Below, piece after piece: positions 29,001-37,646 of a stretch of DNA of 64,000 nt. The DNA comes from an uncultured virus (IMG/VR IMGVR_UViG_3300046007_007003) (taxonomy: Duplodnaviria > Heunggongvirae > Uroviricota > Caudoviricetes): IMG/VR virus record IMGVR_UViG_3300046007_007003; one strand, given 5' to 3'. The notes under the pieces are model-generated. The model was not told the DNA's origin, searched no databases, and saw only the letters and a list, made by a program, of their open reading frames with translations. Every line of letters begins with the position of its first letter. Within the stretch, counting starts at the first letter, position 1. A program made the position numbers and the translations under genes.

Positions 29001-29449
29001 TCCGCAAGAACCGCCGAAGCTACAGCCCCGGCCCCCGCACCGTCGAACTTGACAATCGCGTCCTTGCCCGCCGCAAGCACGAAGTCGTTCGCCGAGTTGT
29101 ACGTCCCCTGAAACAGGATCAAGTTCCGAGAACCGGACAGCGAGTTCCGCACGAACATGATCTTCTTCGCGTCGTTCGGCGTCAGCTGAACGTAGACGTC
29201 AGCCCCAAGATCCCCGCCATCCGTGAAGATGATCGCGCGGTTCCGACCATTGGAACTCGATCCGTCCGTGATCGGCAGCGTGTTCGGCGAGCCGCTCGTG
29301 CCCGCCGTGGCCAGCGTCACCGACAGGTGCCCGTCAAGCGAGGTGTCGATGAACGTCAGGTTGTTGTTCGTCGTCGAACCCCAAGTACCGGACTGCTCGC
29401 CGGTAGCGATAAGCTCGATGCCGTTGTTCGTGGTATATGTGCTGGGCAT
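26069..29449 (-). CDS. Tail fibre with Cys-rich beta-helical repeats and a C-terminal S74-type intramolecular chaperone
   Basis: TGEQSGTWG N-terminus; 14-aa NTAVG..AL..NTTG repeats; SD.R.K, YGFLAQEV, LIPVLVKAIQDL. Confidence 0.88.
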   Translation of the reverse strand: MPSTYTTNNGIELIATGEQSGTWGSTTNNNLTFIDTSLDGHLSVTLATAGTSGSPNTLPITDGSSSNGRNRAIIFTDGGDLGADVYVQLTPNDAKKIMFVRNSLSGSRNLILFQGTYNSANDFVLAAGKDAIVKFDGAGAGAVASAVLADLALDAATIGTLSATTVNATTVNATTFDMTNLEVTNIKAKDGTASATIADSTGVMTIGSSVLTTTDINGGTIDGVSIGNSVAATIVNVDNLRLDGNTISSTNTNGNIALTPNGTGEVDISKVDINGGTIDGTTQATGTINGPIAAGGTWTAAATWTLPAFTLGGTVTSNGQSFSGTIANLGTVTTVDINGGTIDGTTIGGGTAAAGTFTTLTATGNVSFDGGTIKLDGNYPVGSGNVALGDAALDDAGLTGANNTAVGACALSANTSGCFGVAAGHCALAANTTGNFNTAIGSAALRNNTTGNQNVAVGNNTLCSNTVGVFNVAVGRDALCANQEGDNSVAVGHSALLNQNPVGNVDMNNVAVGFQAACATTTGASNTAVGACSLRLNNTGCQNTAVGLQALGANTTGINNSALGRFALLNNSTGCANTGVGVNALNGNTTGGNNSAFGISALQCNTTASFNTGIGYQALFNNTTGGNNVAVGANALCSNTTAPDLVAVGFCALFCNTTGIHNVAVGREALALNVEGDQSVAVGRDALRNQNPVGNADMNNVAVGFQAALCTTTGVCNTVVGAQALQSNTTGNNNAALGTFALQCNTTGLNNTAIGLSALQLNTTGCCNTALGFQSLLCNTTGNDNIGLGVSASRCNTTGVLNIAVGCNALRENVAGDQSTAVGHDALRNQNPVGNADMNNVAVGFQAALCTTTGTSNTAVGACSLRLNTTGCNNTATGQGALTSSTTGTGNTALGRSALSSSTTADGNVAVGNAALNVTTTGPNNSALGSSVMSCNTTGCQNVAVGNSALGAVVTGSNNVAIGSAAFFNATGNNNIGIGRNAGRTGSTPAGICNITTESNYIVMGNDDHTCALIKIAWTATSDCRDKTCFRPIAHGLDFVRALKPTEYQFRKGRESDETDGKRRYGFLAQEVLPLEGDNPVIISADNPDKLQYTEAHLIPVLVKAIQDLSAQVDALTARLEALENA

Positions 29450-29461
29450 GGCCCTGATCCT

Positions 29462-30229
29462 CTATGCTGCGATCTCGGTCCAACCGGGATCTTGTGACGG
29501 TGTTGTCTGCGCATATCCCGGGGACTGAGACGGACTCGTCGTAACGTAACCAGCCACTTGACTGGGAGTCGTCGTCGCATATCCGGCGGACTGCGATGGT
29601 GTAGTCGGAGAATACGACGGATTCTGGTTCGGAACAATCCTGCCCCACACCAAAACCTCGCCGACCGACGCCGTGGCCACAAGGCCAACCACGGTGATAC
29701 TCGCGCTCCCGGTAACCGTAACGGCACCAACCGCGCTCGATGCGGAAACGCCAGCCACGATAACGTTGGCATCCGCCGTGGTCACAACAGAACCAACCGA
29801 GCCTGTCGCGGCAACGCCCGTCACCGAGACGTTCGCCGTGCCAACCACCGCAACGTCGCCAACCAAACCCGTCGCGCTGAGCCCGGTCACAACGACGTCG
29901 GCATTCGCCGTCACCGTCACCGACCCGACCGACGCCGTCGCCCCAAAGCCCGTGACCGTGACGTTCGCGTCCGCCGTCACCGCGACCGAGCCAACCGCCC
30001 CAGTCGCCGCAACGCCCGTCACGCTTACATCTGCATTACCAGTGACCGTCACGCTGCCCACAACAGCAGACATGCCAAAACCCGTCACAACGACGTTCGC
30101 GTCCGCCGTAACGGTGACCGTGCCTACCTGACCTTGGGCCCCGGCGTTGGTGACAGACCCTTCGCCATAAGCGAGGTCGCCCCAACCTCCCCGGCCCCAG
30201 CCGGTGAAGGGGACGACGACGTCCGTCAT
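29462..30229 (-). CDS. Val/Thr/Gly-rich repeat structural protein
   Basis: About eight ~21-aa VTGV.ATG.VGSVTVTADANV repeats. Confidence 0.7.
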   Translation of the reverse strand: MTDVVVPFTGWGRGGWGDLAYGEGSVTNAGAQGQVGTVTVTADANVVVTGFGMSAVVGSVTVTGNADVSVTGVAATGAVGSVAVTADANVTVTGFGATASVGSVTVTANADVVVTGLSATGLVGDVAVVGTANVSVTGVAATGSVGSVVTTADANVIVAGVSASSAVGAVTVTGSASITVVGLVATASVGEVLVWGRIVPNQNPSYSPTTPSQSAGYATTTPSQVAGYVTTSPSQSPGYAQTTPSQDPGWTEIAA

Positions 30230-30230
30230 G

Positions 30231-30668
30231 TCATGCGATCCTTATGATCGCAGTGGAAGCATCCGCCACAGGGAAGATCACCGTGAAAGTGCCGCTCGTC
30301 GAGGTCTTAGCCCCGCCAAAGTCCAGCACGCACACCGTTGGATTGCCCGCCGCCGTGTCGTTGTAGATCAGCGCGCCATAGGCGGTGATCGTCGCCGACG
30401 TGAACGAGATGTCCGCGAAGTCGGTGAACGCCGTCGTGCCGCTCGTCGTCGGGTCAACCCGCGTCAGCGACCCACCACCCGCAACATACGACCCCGACGC
30501 AGCAACCTCGTTGGTCGCCGTGTACGCCGTCGTCGCAGCAGTGAAGGACGCGCTGTTGTCATAGAGCGCCAGCTTGAAGTCATCTCCGCCCGAGTTGCGG
30601 AAATCGTGGATTCCCTCAAGAAGCTCCTTCTTGAAGGACGTACACAAAAAATTGCCCGAGAAGCTCAT
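30231..30668 (-). CDS. Virion structural protein
   Basis: CTSFKKELL.G.HDF...FKLALY, GALIYN...LDFG..KTS...FP motif. Confidence 0.7.
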   Translation of the reverse strand: MSFSGNFLCTSFKKELLEGIHDFRNSGGDDFKLALYDNSASFTAATTAYTATNEVAASGSYVAGGGSLTRVDPTTSGTTAFTDFADISFTSATITAYGALIYNDTAAGNPTVCVLDFGGAKTSTSGTFTVIFPVADASTAIIRIA

Positions 30669-31240
30669 GAGATTTTCCTTTCAACCTCAATGGGTTGCGA
30701 TAGTTTTCTGGCCGCCCACCACGCCGTCATGCGAACCGACTGTTCTTCCCGAAGCCGTTGCTGCGTTGCGCGCATTCGGGCTATTGTCTCCTCTGAGTGG
30801 CGCTTACCAAACCGATGCGATTTTTCCACCGGCAGTCCTTTGTTCCACGGAACCAGCCCCTTCTTAAACTCTGTGGCTGGGGAGTTTCTCCCCCTTTTCT
30901 CCGCAGAAGCTGACATTTTTTTCTTGGCTTCCTCGGTGTACCGAAACTCTTTACGAAGCTGTTTTACCCGTATACGCTCCGACTCAAAAATCTTGGACTT
31001 GTACTGTACCAATCTTCCCATAAGAATTAGAGCAAACCAGAGCCCACGGTTTTGAGGGTAGATCCGGACAAGCAGCTTGTGCGCAAAGAGATGTTCCCTA
31101 GGGGTCAACAAAACGAGATTTTCTTTCCCACACGAACCCCCCACACACTTCGGGATAATGTGGTGCCGTTCAAAAACAGGAGGCTTGGGACGAATCTTCG
31201 CCCTCTCCACAAGCCTGCGGTAAACGACGGCATAATCCAC
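30665..31240 (-). CDS. Free-standing HNH homing endonuclease with NUMOD3-like repeats
   Basis: ERHHIIPKCVGG...NLVLLTPREHLFAH; PWNKG, FGKRHSEET; more AT-rich than flanks. Confidence 0.85.
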   Translation of the reverse strand: MDYAVVYRRLVERAKIRPKPPVFERHHIIPKCVGGSCGKENLVLLTPREHLFAHKLLVRIYPQNRGLWFALILMGRLVQYKSKIFESERIRVKQLRKEFRYTEEAKKKMSASAEKRGRNSPATEFKKGLVPWNKGLPVEKSHRFGKRHSEETIARMRATQQRLREEQSVRMTAWWAARKLSQPIEVERKIS

Positions 31241-31241
31241 G

Positions 31242-31538
31242 TCAGAGTCTCCTTACCAGTTCGGCCAGCTCAGGATGACCCGCATCCACCAGCGCAGTAT
31301 ACACCGTCACCCGGTCGTTTTGAACAGCCTGTTTCAGATACTGCGTCACGACCGCCTCAACACGGCCCTTGAACGCACGCGCTTGATCCCGGATGACCGG
31401 AGGCGCGCTGTCCGAGACCGCCACGATCTTGTCGCTGCACATCGCAGCCAGCTCCTCGGGCGTCAGGCCCCGGTTGTCGGTCGTCTTCACGCCAACACTG
31501 AACCCGGGGGCGAAGTCGATGCTCATCGCGGCGATCAT
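31242..31538 (-). CDS. Hypothetical structural-region protein
   Basis: TTDNRGLTPEE...SDSAPPVIRDQARAF; overlaps the upstream stop. Confidence 0.65.
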   Translation of the reverse strand: MIAAMSIDFAPGFSVGVKTTDNRGLTPEELAAMCSDKIVAVSDSAPPVIRDQARAFKGRVEAVVTQYLKQAVQNDRVTVYTALVDAGHPELAELVRRL

Positions 31539-32182
31539 GTTCTCTGCCTCTGAACGCGGCCCATCCTGTACTCGTCGATTGTCTCTTGCGCTTCGCCAAG
31601 GTTCTTCAGACGCGCGATGCCCTCGGCAAACCGGGACATGTACATCTGCATCAGGTTCATGTCGCCCTTCATGTACGTATACGCCTCGATCAACGCCCCA
31701 TAAAGCAGGGTGATTTCCGCGTTCTCGCTCAGCCAACTCGTCCCGCTGTCACTGCCTGCCGTCAGGCTGGCAGGGCGGTACAGGTAGTGGATATCTACGA
31801 CATAGTTGGCGTTGGGCGTCGGCGCGATGATGAAGTTGTCCACATCGAACTGAGCGTAGTACCTCGGTTGGCCCGTCGTCGCCGCGTTCGGAGTGTAACT
31901 TTGGACAAAGTCCAGATCCTTGAATAAGAGGAACTCCTTATTATTGCTGACCTCGATAGACAACGAGAACGGCGCAAGGAAGTCCGACGGCGCCGCCAGA
32001 TACTGGTTACCGCTCGTCATGTTCCCGAACTGGTTCTTCTGAAACAGGTTGAGCTGCACATTCTTCAGAATGCGCTCCTCCGCCAGCCGGATGAACAGCG
32101 GCAGGTTCGCGACGAAGCTCGTCTCGTTGTTCTCCGTGTAGTCGAGAATGGCTTGCTTCAACTGCCCATAGGTCATCGTCAT
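31535..32182 (-). CDS. Head-tail adaptor-like protein
   Basis: FIRLAEERI, G.PRYYA, PTP...Y, LLYGALIEA. Confidence 0.65.
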   Translation of the reverse strand: MTMTYGQLKQAILDYTENNETSFVANLPLFIRLAEERILKNVQLNLFQKNQFGNMTSGNQYLAAPSDFLAPFSLSIEVSNNKEFLLFKDLDFVQSYTPNAATTGQPRYYAQFDVDNFIIAPTPNANYVVDIHYLYRPASLTAGSDSGTSWLSENAEITLLYGALIEAYTYMKGDMNLMQMYMSRFAEGIARLKNLGEAQETIDEYRMGRVQRQRT

Positions 32183-32487
32183 GACGTCACCACCGTAACG
32201 GAGCCAACAAGCCCCACGCCCCAAACAGGCCCGAGATTGGGATCCTCAACCAGAGGGACGCCGACAAAGACGAACAAAGGCTCCGTCACATCCGGCCGTG
32301 CGTCCTTCAGAGCCTGCGGGTCAGACACCCTCCGACGAGGCTCAAGTTGCGGATGTTTGGGCTCATACTCGTCCGGTCCGACAAGAAAGCCCGTCCACTC
32401 CTTCTTCATCCGGTTCAACCTGTAACGAAAGCCGGACCTGTCGGAGATGCCGTAGGCGTATTTCCCGGAAGCAAACTTGCCCATCAC
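32179..32487 (-). CDS. Hypothetical structural-region protein
   Basis: SDRSGFRY...KEWTG.LVG.DEYEPKHPQL...DPQAL.DARP. Confidence 0.7.
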   Translation of the reverse strand: MMGKFASGKYAYGISDRSGFRYRLNRMKKEWTGFLVGPDEYEPKHPQLEPRRRVSDPQALKDARPDVTEPLFVFVGVPLVEDPNLGPVWGVGLVGSVTVVTS

Positions 32488-33152
32488 ATGCCCCAGCTAT
32501 AAGAGACGCTTGGCTGGATGATGAATGAAGCGCGGTCGCGGTCCTCCTCCATCGCGCGAGCCATCTCTTCCTCGTAGAGGATCTTCAGAACTTCCGTGCG
32601 CGCGGGAGCCTTCTTGAGCGAAATGTAATAGGCCAGACCTGCGGCCAGCGCCGGGTAGAACCGGAAAGGGATTTGCAGGGTGTTGGTCTGCGCCGCAGCG
32701 TCGTCCATCCGCACGAGGCGGTCAAAGATGATCTGGTCTGTGCTGTTGTCGGGCGTCGGCCATACCTTCAGCACAGGCGTGATCTGACGGTCGACGTAGA
32801 ACTGCATGACTCTCGCCTGCGTCGTTTTGTCAGGAATAGTCAAGAAGTCATCCCGACTGATCCGATCAAGGGAGTAATCCGTACCATCTCGACGAACTAC
32901 CGCAGATAGAATGTCGATGGTCTCTGCGCCAAGGTTGTACGATGCCGTCCCCTGTGTCACCGTCTGCGTCGTCTGCGCAATCGTCCAACGGTTGATGCCC
33001 CTATTGGCCCAGTCGTTCAGCATCAGGTTCAACGACCGCTTGGCCGTCCGAAGGTCGTACCCGGTCCGCGCCTCCAAGCCACAACGCTCGTAGGCTTCTT
33101 CGATGTACTCGGTCACGTCGAGTTCGAAGGTTTTGGTTCCGGATACGGTCAT
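32484..33152 (-). CDS. Head completion / tail tubular A-like protein
   Basis: IEEAYERCG, ARRSLN-like motif, VWPTPD, GLAYY. Confidence 0.65.
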   Translation of the reverse strand: MTVSGTKTFELDVTEYIEEAYERCGLEARTGYDLRTAKRSLNLMLNDWANRGINRWTIAQTTQTVTQGTASYNLGAETIDILSAVVRRDGTDYSLDRISRDDFLTIPDKTTQARVMQFYVDRQITPVLKVWPTPDNSTDQIIFDRLVRMDDAAAQTNTLQIPFRFYPALAAGLAYYISLKKAPARTEVLKILYEEEMARAMEEDRDRASFIIQPSVSYSWGM

Positions 33153-33424
33153 TTTTTCCTCCGCAACGACTCAACACGCCGTGGAGAACCCGCCGGTTGC
33201 CCAAGCGCCTTTTTTTGCGCAACGCGGCTCTTTTTCTCCGAAGCGGTCATCTCAGATGCTGTTTTCGGTGTCTCGGAACTTACACGACGCGAAGGCCGAC
33301 AGTAAGGGGTGCCACGAGACTCCCCCTCCTGTCTGCCACAGGGCTTACCTGTCCGAACGTCGGTCCATTTTTCCTTGAACCAACGCTTGAGGTTTGCCCC
33401 CGCCTTTGTCTTCCGAACAGCCAT
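33149..33424 (-). CDS. Small basic protein
   Basis: LKRWFKEKWTD...CGR...PYCRP; K/R-rich. Confidence 0.65.
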   Translation of the reverse strand: MAVRKTKAGANLKRWFKEKWTDVRTGKPCGRQEGESRGTPYCRPSRRVSSETPKTASEMTASEKKSRVAQKKALGQPAGSPRRVESLRRKK

Positions 33425-33654
33425 TAGATGCCCTTCGTAACCTTCCGACGTTCTTCCAGAACCTGACCACAGCCGCGAGCAATCGCACCGCCCTGAGCCT
33501 TTTTCAAAACAGGGCGCTTGCGCGGGCCCTGCGAAACGCCCCAGTTGGATGCCCCGACCTTGCGGCACTTGGCAATAGCACCGGATGCGTACGCCGAAGG
33601 GAATACCTTGTAGCGGGCTTTAACCTTTTGGTAGCACGCATCCTTTGCCATCAC
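33424..33654 (-). CDS. Small basic protein
   Basis: KDACYQKVK.RYKVFPSAYASGA. Confidence 0.65.
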   Translation of the reverse strand: MMAKDACYQKVKARYKVFPSAYASGAIAKCRKVGASNWGVSQGPRKRPVLKKAQGGAIARGCGQVLEERRKVTKGI

Positions 33655-33935
33655 TTCTTACCTTTCTTCGCCGCACCACCCTTTGCCATCCGCTTGGGTC
33701 GCATGGGCGGGACAGGAACACGCCCGCCGGGCTTGGGCTTTGTGGGCATCGGCGTCATCGGTCGCGCCGGAGGCGTGGGGACTGGGCGCGTCCGAATCTC
33801 TTTTTCAAGATCCTCGCCCTGAAAGCGCGTCTGCGCTTCCGAACTCTGGCGAACTCGCGTCATTTCTCCAAGTTCACGAGCGCCTGCCGCCGCGCGCCCA
33901 CGCGAGATGGAGTTTACCGTTTTACGGGCCATCAC
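33651..33935 (-). CDS. Small basic Pro-rich protein
   Basis: Overlaps both neighbours; ends MAKGGAAKKGKK. Confidence 0.6.
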   Translation of the reverse strand: MMARKTVNSISRGRAAAGARELGEMTRVRQSSEAQTRFQGEDLEKEIRTRPVPTPPARPMTPMPTKPKPGGRVPVPPMRPKRMAKGGAAKKGKK

Positions 33936-34090
33936 ATCTTCTCCTTCTTCGCCATGCCGCCGCCGCGCATTTTCTTGACCATGCCGCCGCCGCGCATCTT
34001 CATCGCCATGCCGCCGCCGCGCATCTTCATGGGCTTTTTCTTACCCATGTCGCCGCCCATGGCCATCTTCTTACGAGGGCTCATTGCCAT
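33932..34090 (-). CDS. 52-aa Met/Lys/Gly-rich repeat peptide (not in ORF track)
   Basis: AGGAG RBS; MAMSPRKKMAMGGDMGKKKPMKMRGGGMAMKMRGGGMVKKMRGGGMAKKEKM. Confidence 0.75.
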   Translation of the reverse strand: MAMSPRKKMAMGGDMGKKKPMKMRGGGMAMKMRGGGMVKKMRGGGMAKKEKM

Positions 34091-34658
34091 CTTTCAGTCT
34101 CCTGTAAAACGCCGCCCGCTTTTCGAAGAGTTCCGCGGCATCATACTCTTCGAGATACTGGTCATAATAACCCAGTTCTTTCAGTTTGTCTGCGGCTTCC
34201 TGTATTTTCGACAGGCGCTGGACAAAGATCATCGAGTAGCGGGTGTCCGTCAGCGGCTCGAACGTGCTGTCATCAATCAACTCGTTTTGGCCGTCGTCGG
34301 GATGAAACCCCATGACCCACAGGTCGCGCTGACCAAAGATGTTTTCAGAAATCGCGACGTTCAGTTGGTCAAGATAGTCGTGATAGGCGTCAGGCTCCTG
34401 ACGCTCATGGTGGTTGACGACAATAACGAGGTCAAAACTGTCGTCAAACCCAGCAAGAACCGAGTACAGGGCTTGGTTCCCACCGTACTTGAAGACAATC
34501 GCCACACGGTCGTTTTGCCACGCATTTCGTGCATACGGGCATGCCGGAAGCCCCGCGAAGTAAGGATTCGGCACCTCAAGGGCATAGGCTGACCATGCGC
34601 GGATCTCGTCGCAAATCTTCCGCTCCTCGTCGATGTAGAGCGCTGTCAGCACTTCCAT
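34071..34658 (-). CDS. DUF1415-like protein
   Basis: ACPYAR...MGFHPD...FVQR motifs. Confidence 0.55.
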   Translation of the reverse strand: MEVLTALYIDEERKICDEIRAWSAYALEVPNPYFAGLPACPYARNAWQNDRVAIVFKYGGNQALYSVLAGFDDSFDLVIVVNHHERQEPDAYHDYLDQLNVAISENIFGQRDLWVMGFHPDDGQNELIDDSTFEPLTDTRYSMIFVQRLSKIQEAADKLKELGYYDQYLEEYDAAELFEKRAAFYRRLKDGNEPS

Positions 34659-34921
34659 CTCCGACGCGCCTGACGAAGCCTGCTGTTCGGGTCTTTAGCT
34701 GCCTCCGGAAAATCCTTCATCTGACCAGCAGAACGCGCACAGTAACTCTTCCTCCGCGCCGCGCGCTTGCCCGTCGGATTGTCCTCCGTCACGGCTGTCT
34801 GCAACTTGCTGCCGGGGTTCTTGCGGCGGTATGCTTTTACCCCAGCCTCCGTCATTCCAGCACCCGCTTTTGTGGGGCGGAAGTTCTTCTTGTTGCGCGG
34901 GGGCATCTCACCTTTAGACAT
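34646..34921 (-). CDS. Small basic protein (DUF6321-like)
   Basis: GMTEAGV.AYRR.NPGSKL...RRKSYCAR...DPNSR...RRWKC. Confidence 0.65.
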   Translation of the reverse strand: MSKGEMPPRNKKNFRPTKAGAGMTEAGVKAYRRKNPGSKLQTAVTEDNPTGKRAARRKSYCARSAGQMKDFPEAAKDPNSRLRQARRRWKC

Positions 34922-35706
34922 CAGTAAGCATCCGCATCCTGAATGACGACAATCTGGAAGTAGGACGACACGGTGTTGTTTGAGCCAGAACCCTGCGCAG
35001 TGGCAGTGATGCACTCCCCCGCGTTGATCTTGATCGGGTAGTCAAACGGGTAAGACACCTCGCCCTGAGAGATGGTCGCCTTGGCGGCTGTAAGGATGAT
35101 GCCAGAGTTCTGCCGCAGCTTGAGACGACCAAGAACATAGTTGTTGCCCGATGTCGGGCCGACCGTCAGTTTGCCGTACACAAGATAGCCGGTGTACCCC
35201 GCAGGGCACGTCCAGTGTCCAACCAGCGAAATGTTCTCGCCGATACCCATCGCGCTGTACGGGACAGCAGGAACGCCCGCAGTGACAGTGCCCGTACCCG
35301 CATAGATGATGCCCGCGTTCTTCCCGCCAGAGCCCGCCGTCAGCACCACCATGCGCTCAATGGCGTCGTAGGTGTTTACGGTGTTGACCTCTGTCTGGCC
35401 GTCGAGCGTCACGATCTCCGTGGCAAGGCCTCCCGTTCCGTTGACACCCTCGATGAAGACAGTCCTCGCACCCGTGCCGGTGGCGTCATCGTCCGCGCTC
35501 GTCGAACTGATCTTCATCACGGTTGGAGATGAGGGATGACCAAGGATACCGTCAATCGGCCAGACAGTCTCTTCATCCGTGTCCACATCCGGGTTGAAGC
35601 CGAAGACATGGGTGACGCTGTGGCCAGTAATCTGGCCACGGCCAACCTGCAACTCAAACGGCTCCGTTCGTCCGATTCGACTGATGGACGACAGTTCGCG
35701 CGCCAT
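34921..35706 (-). CDS. Virion structural protein
   Basis: 261 aa beta-rich; FGFNPDVD..EETVW, TGARTV.IEG. Confidence 0.6.
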   Translation of the reverse strand: MARELSSISRIGRTEPFELQVGRGQITGHSVTHVFGFNPDVDTDEETVWPIDGILGHPSSPTVMKISSTSADDDATGTGARTVFIEGVNGTGGLATEIVTLDGQTEVNTVNTYDAIERMVVLTAGSGGKNAGIIYAGTGTVTAGVPAVPYSAMGIGENISLVGHWTCPAGYTGYLVYGKLTVGPTSGNNYVLGRLKLRQNSGIILTAAKATISQGEVSYPFDYPIKINAGECITATAQGSGSNNTVSSYFQIVVIQDADAY

Positions 35707-35717
35707 GGTAGACCCCT

Positions 35718-36344
35718 TTACGAGAAGAAGGCCGTCATCGAAGTGAAGGCCGGGGCGTTGGCAGCATAGGCGACGTAGGCTCCGTCAGGGAAAAGAATGC
35801 CCTGCTCGCGCATCTCGACGTCAGAGATGACCAGAGCATCCGCAACAGTCCCCAACTGGACGCCAATGGCACCAGAAGCGCTCCCGTTCCGAACGGCAAC
35901 CGTCCCCGCCGCCGCAGCATGGACGAAGTATAGCCCGCGGATCCTGACGCGGCCCGCGAAGATCACCTCGACCGCGCTGTTTGCCATGCCGACCGTGATC
36001 GCGCCTGCCGTATTTGCGTCCACGCTTACCTGCGTCACCGTCCGGAAGTACTTCGTGCCCGTGACCGTCGTAGTCGCCGGACCCGTAATCGCTTCCGTCT
36101 GTGCCGCACCGTTTACGTCCGTGCCAGTAACCGTAAAGGTTCTGCCACTGTCCGCACCCGCTGAAGTGATCGTAATCAGACGAGCCGCCGAGAAGGTCGC
36201 CACGCCGCCAGAGGCCAGCGCACCGTTGATGGTCAGATTCTGCACACCGCCAGCAGCCGGGGTCTGCGATTGGCAGACCCCGTCAGCGTCGGCTACCGTC
36301 GTGTCGGCAGCAAAATACTTTGACCGGATGTCAGAGTTGGCCAT
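35718..36344 (-). CDS. Virion structural protein
   Basis: 208 aa Ala/Thr/Gly-rich; GGAGG RBS. Confidence 0.6.
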   Translation of the reverse strand: MANSDIRSKYFAADTTVADADGVCQSQTPAAGGVQNLTINGALASGGVATFSAARLITITSAGADSGRTFTVTGTDVNGAAQTEAITGPATTTVTGTKYFRTVTQVSVDANTAGAITVGMANSAVEVIFAGRVRIRGLYFVHAAAAGTVAVRNGSASGAIGVQLGTVADALVISDVEMREQGILFPDGAYVAYAANAPAFTSMTAFFS

Positions 36345-36356
36345 AAGGCCCTCCTA

Positions 36357-36953
36357 TCAGGCGTAGCCGTAGATCTCGATCAGAAGGCGACCAGCAGTGT
36401 AGGCGGCGTTCGACGTGCCCTGACCAACTAGATACAGATACTGGTTCGCAGCGATATCCGTGCCGAACACCGTAGTGCCAAGCGCCAGAGTGCCAGAGTT
36501 GATGATCTGGGTCTCGGTCAAAGCCGTAATCGCGCTGTCCTCCACGCCCGTGCCCTCGGTCGCCGAGTAAAGGTCGATGTCGGTGTCGCCGCCCGCCGGA
36601 ACCTCGTAACAGGTCATCTTGACGCCGAACACCGTGCCGTTATCGGCCGTGGTAATGCGAGCGATGTACGCCACGCCAGAGCCGTTCTTGCCGATGATGT
36701 CGCCCGCCGTGCCGCCAGACTGAAGGCCGGTCAGGTCAATCATGATCGAGGTGGTGACGATGCCGTTCTCGGTCTTCACCGAGGTCTCGTACACCGCAGC
36801 GGCGCCCTCGATCCCCGCGCCGGTAGCGGCAGGGTTGGCAATGGCAGCGGCGCTTTCACTGACGATTGTGATCGCGCCGGTAGTGGCGTTTTTGTTTACG
36901 GTTTGGAACCCGTTTTGGGATTGTACGGGACCGGTGAAAAAAGTTGTAGCCAC
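36357..36953 (-). CDS. Virion structural (capsid-associated) protein
   Basis: GTG start with AAGGAG RBS; MATTFFTGPV N-terminus. Confidence 0.6.
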   Translation of the reverse strand: MATTFFTGPVQSQNGFQTVNKNATTGAITIVSESAAAIANPAATGAGIEGAAAVYETSVKTENGIVTTSIMIDLTGLQSGGTAGDIIGKNGSGVAYIARITTADNGTVFGVKMTCYEVPAGGDTDIDLYSATEGTGVEDSAITALTETQIINSGTLALGTTVFGTDIAANQYLYLVGQGTSNAAYTAGRLLIEIYGYA

Positions 36954-37540
36954 GGCAGTGTCTCCTTCTGTGGGCTGTACTGGAGCGCAAGCTTACGGGC
37001 ACTGCTTGTGTCCGTTCCCACAACACGCCCGCGCTCCGCGTATGACATGTGTGGATTATCCACGATGAACCGCACTTTTGCAATGAACTCTGGGTCGTTG
37101 TGCCATCTTTTTCTCTGGGCAGCAGCCAGCCGAGCTCGATACTCTTCCGTCACATGATCCGTCCGACCAACCTTTTTCCGACTGATCTGCTGTTTGGTGG
37201 CCTCCGAGTGCTTCTTCCCGCGCATCGGAACCTTCGCCTCGTTCGCTATGTTGTAGGCTAGTGGTTCATTGAACCATGCCTCTCCGCACAAAAAGGCGTT
37301 TTCAATGGTGTCTAGATCGCTTGGGTCAACGCACTCAACCTCAACCTCCCACCGAAAAGCCTCTTCGCCATGTTTGTTGAAAGAGCGCTGTAGGTGCTGA
37401 TTGGGGTGCTTACCTAGGCGAAGCAGCCTAAAGTGTTCACCAACCCGCTTTTTGATCCGAAGAGATTGTCCGACATACGCCTTGTTCGAGATCGTATTAA
37501 CGATCTTATAGATCCCCATGATTTCGTCGGCGTATGGCAT
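36896..37540 (-). CDS. GIY-YIG homing endonuclease with NUMOD3
   Basis: GIYKIVN...YVGQS..IKKR..EH...H.N..LQ..FNKHG; MRGKKHSEAT. Confidence 0.88.
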   Translation of the reverse strand: MPYADEIMGIYKIVNTISNKAYVGQSLRIKKRVGEHFRLLRLGKHPNQHLQRSFNKHGEEAFRWEVEVECVDPSDLDTIENAFLCGEAWFNEPLAYNIANEAKVPMRGKKHSEATKQQISRKKVGRTDHVTEEYRARLAAAQRKRWHNDPEFIAKVRFIVDNPHMSYAERGRVVGTDTSSARKLALQYSPQKETLPWLQLFSPVPYNPKTGSKP

Positions 37541-37578
37541 TCTCGACTCCTTTGGTCCACGGTACCATCCTTCGCGGC

Positions 37579-37608
37579 AAAAAGAAAGACCCCCGCTACG
37601 CAGGGGCC
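37579..37608 (-). terminator. Rho-independent terminator
   Basis: GGCCCCTGC-GTA-GCGGGGGTC stem followed by TTTCTTTTT. Confidence 0.7.
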
Positions 37609-37646
37609 TAGTTTGTCAGTCAGGGAGGTAGTGTCCGAAGACTACC

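Noticed and set aside
26069..29449. Diversity-generating retroelement acting on the fibre
   Set aside because: No reverse transcriptase and no adenine-specific template/variable repeat pair seen
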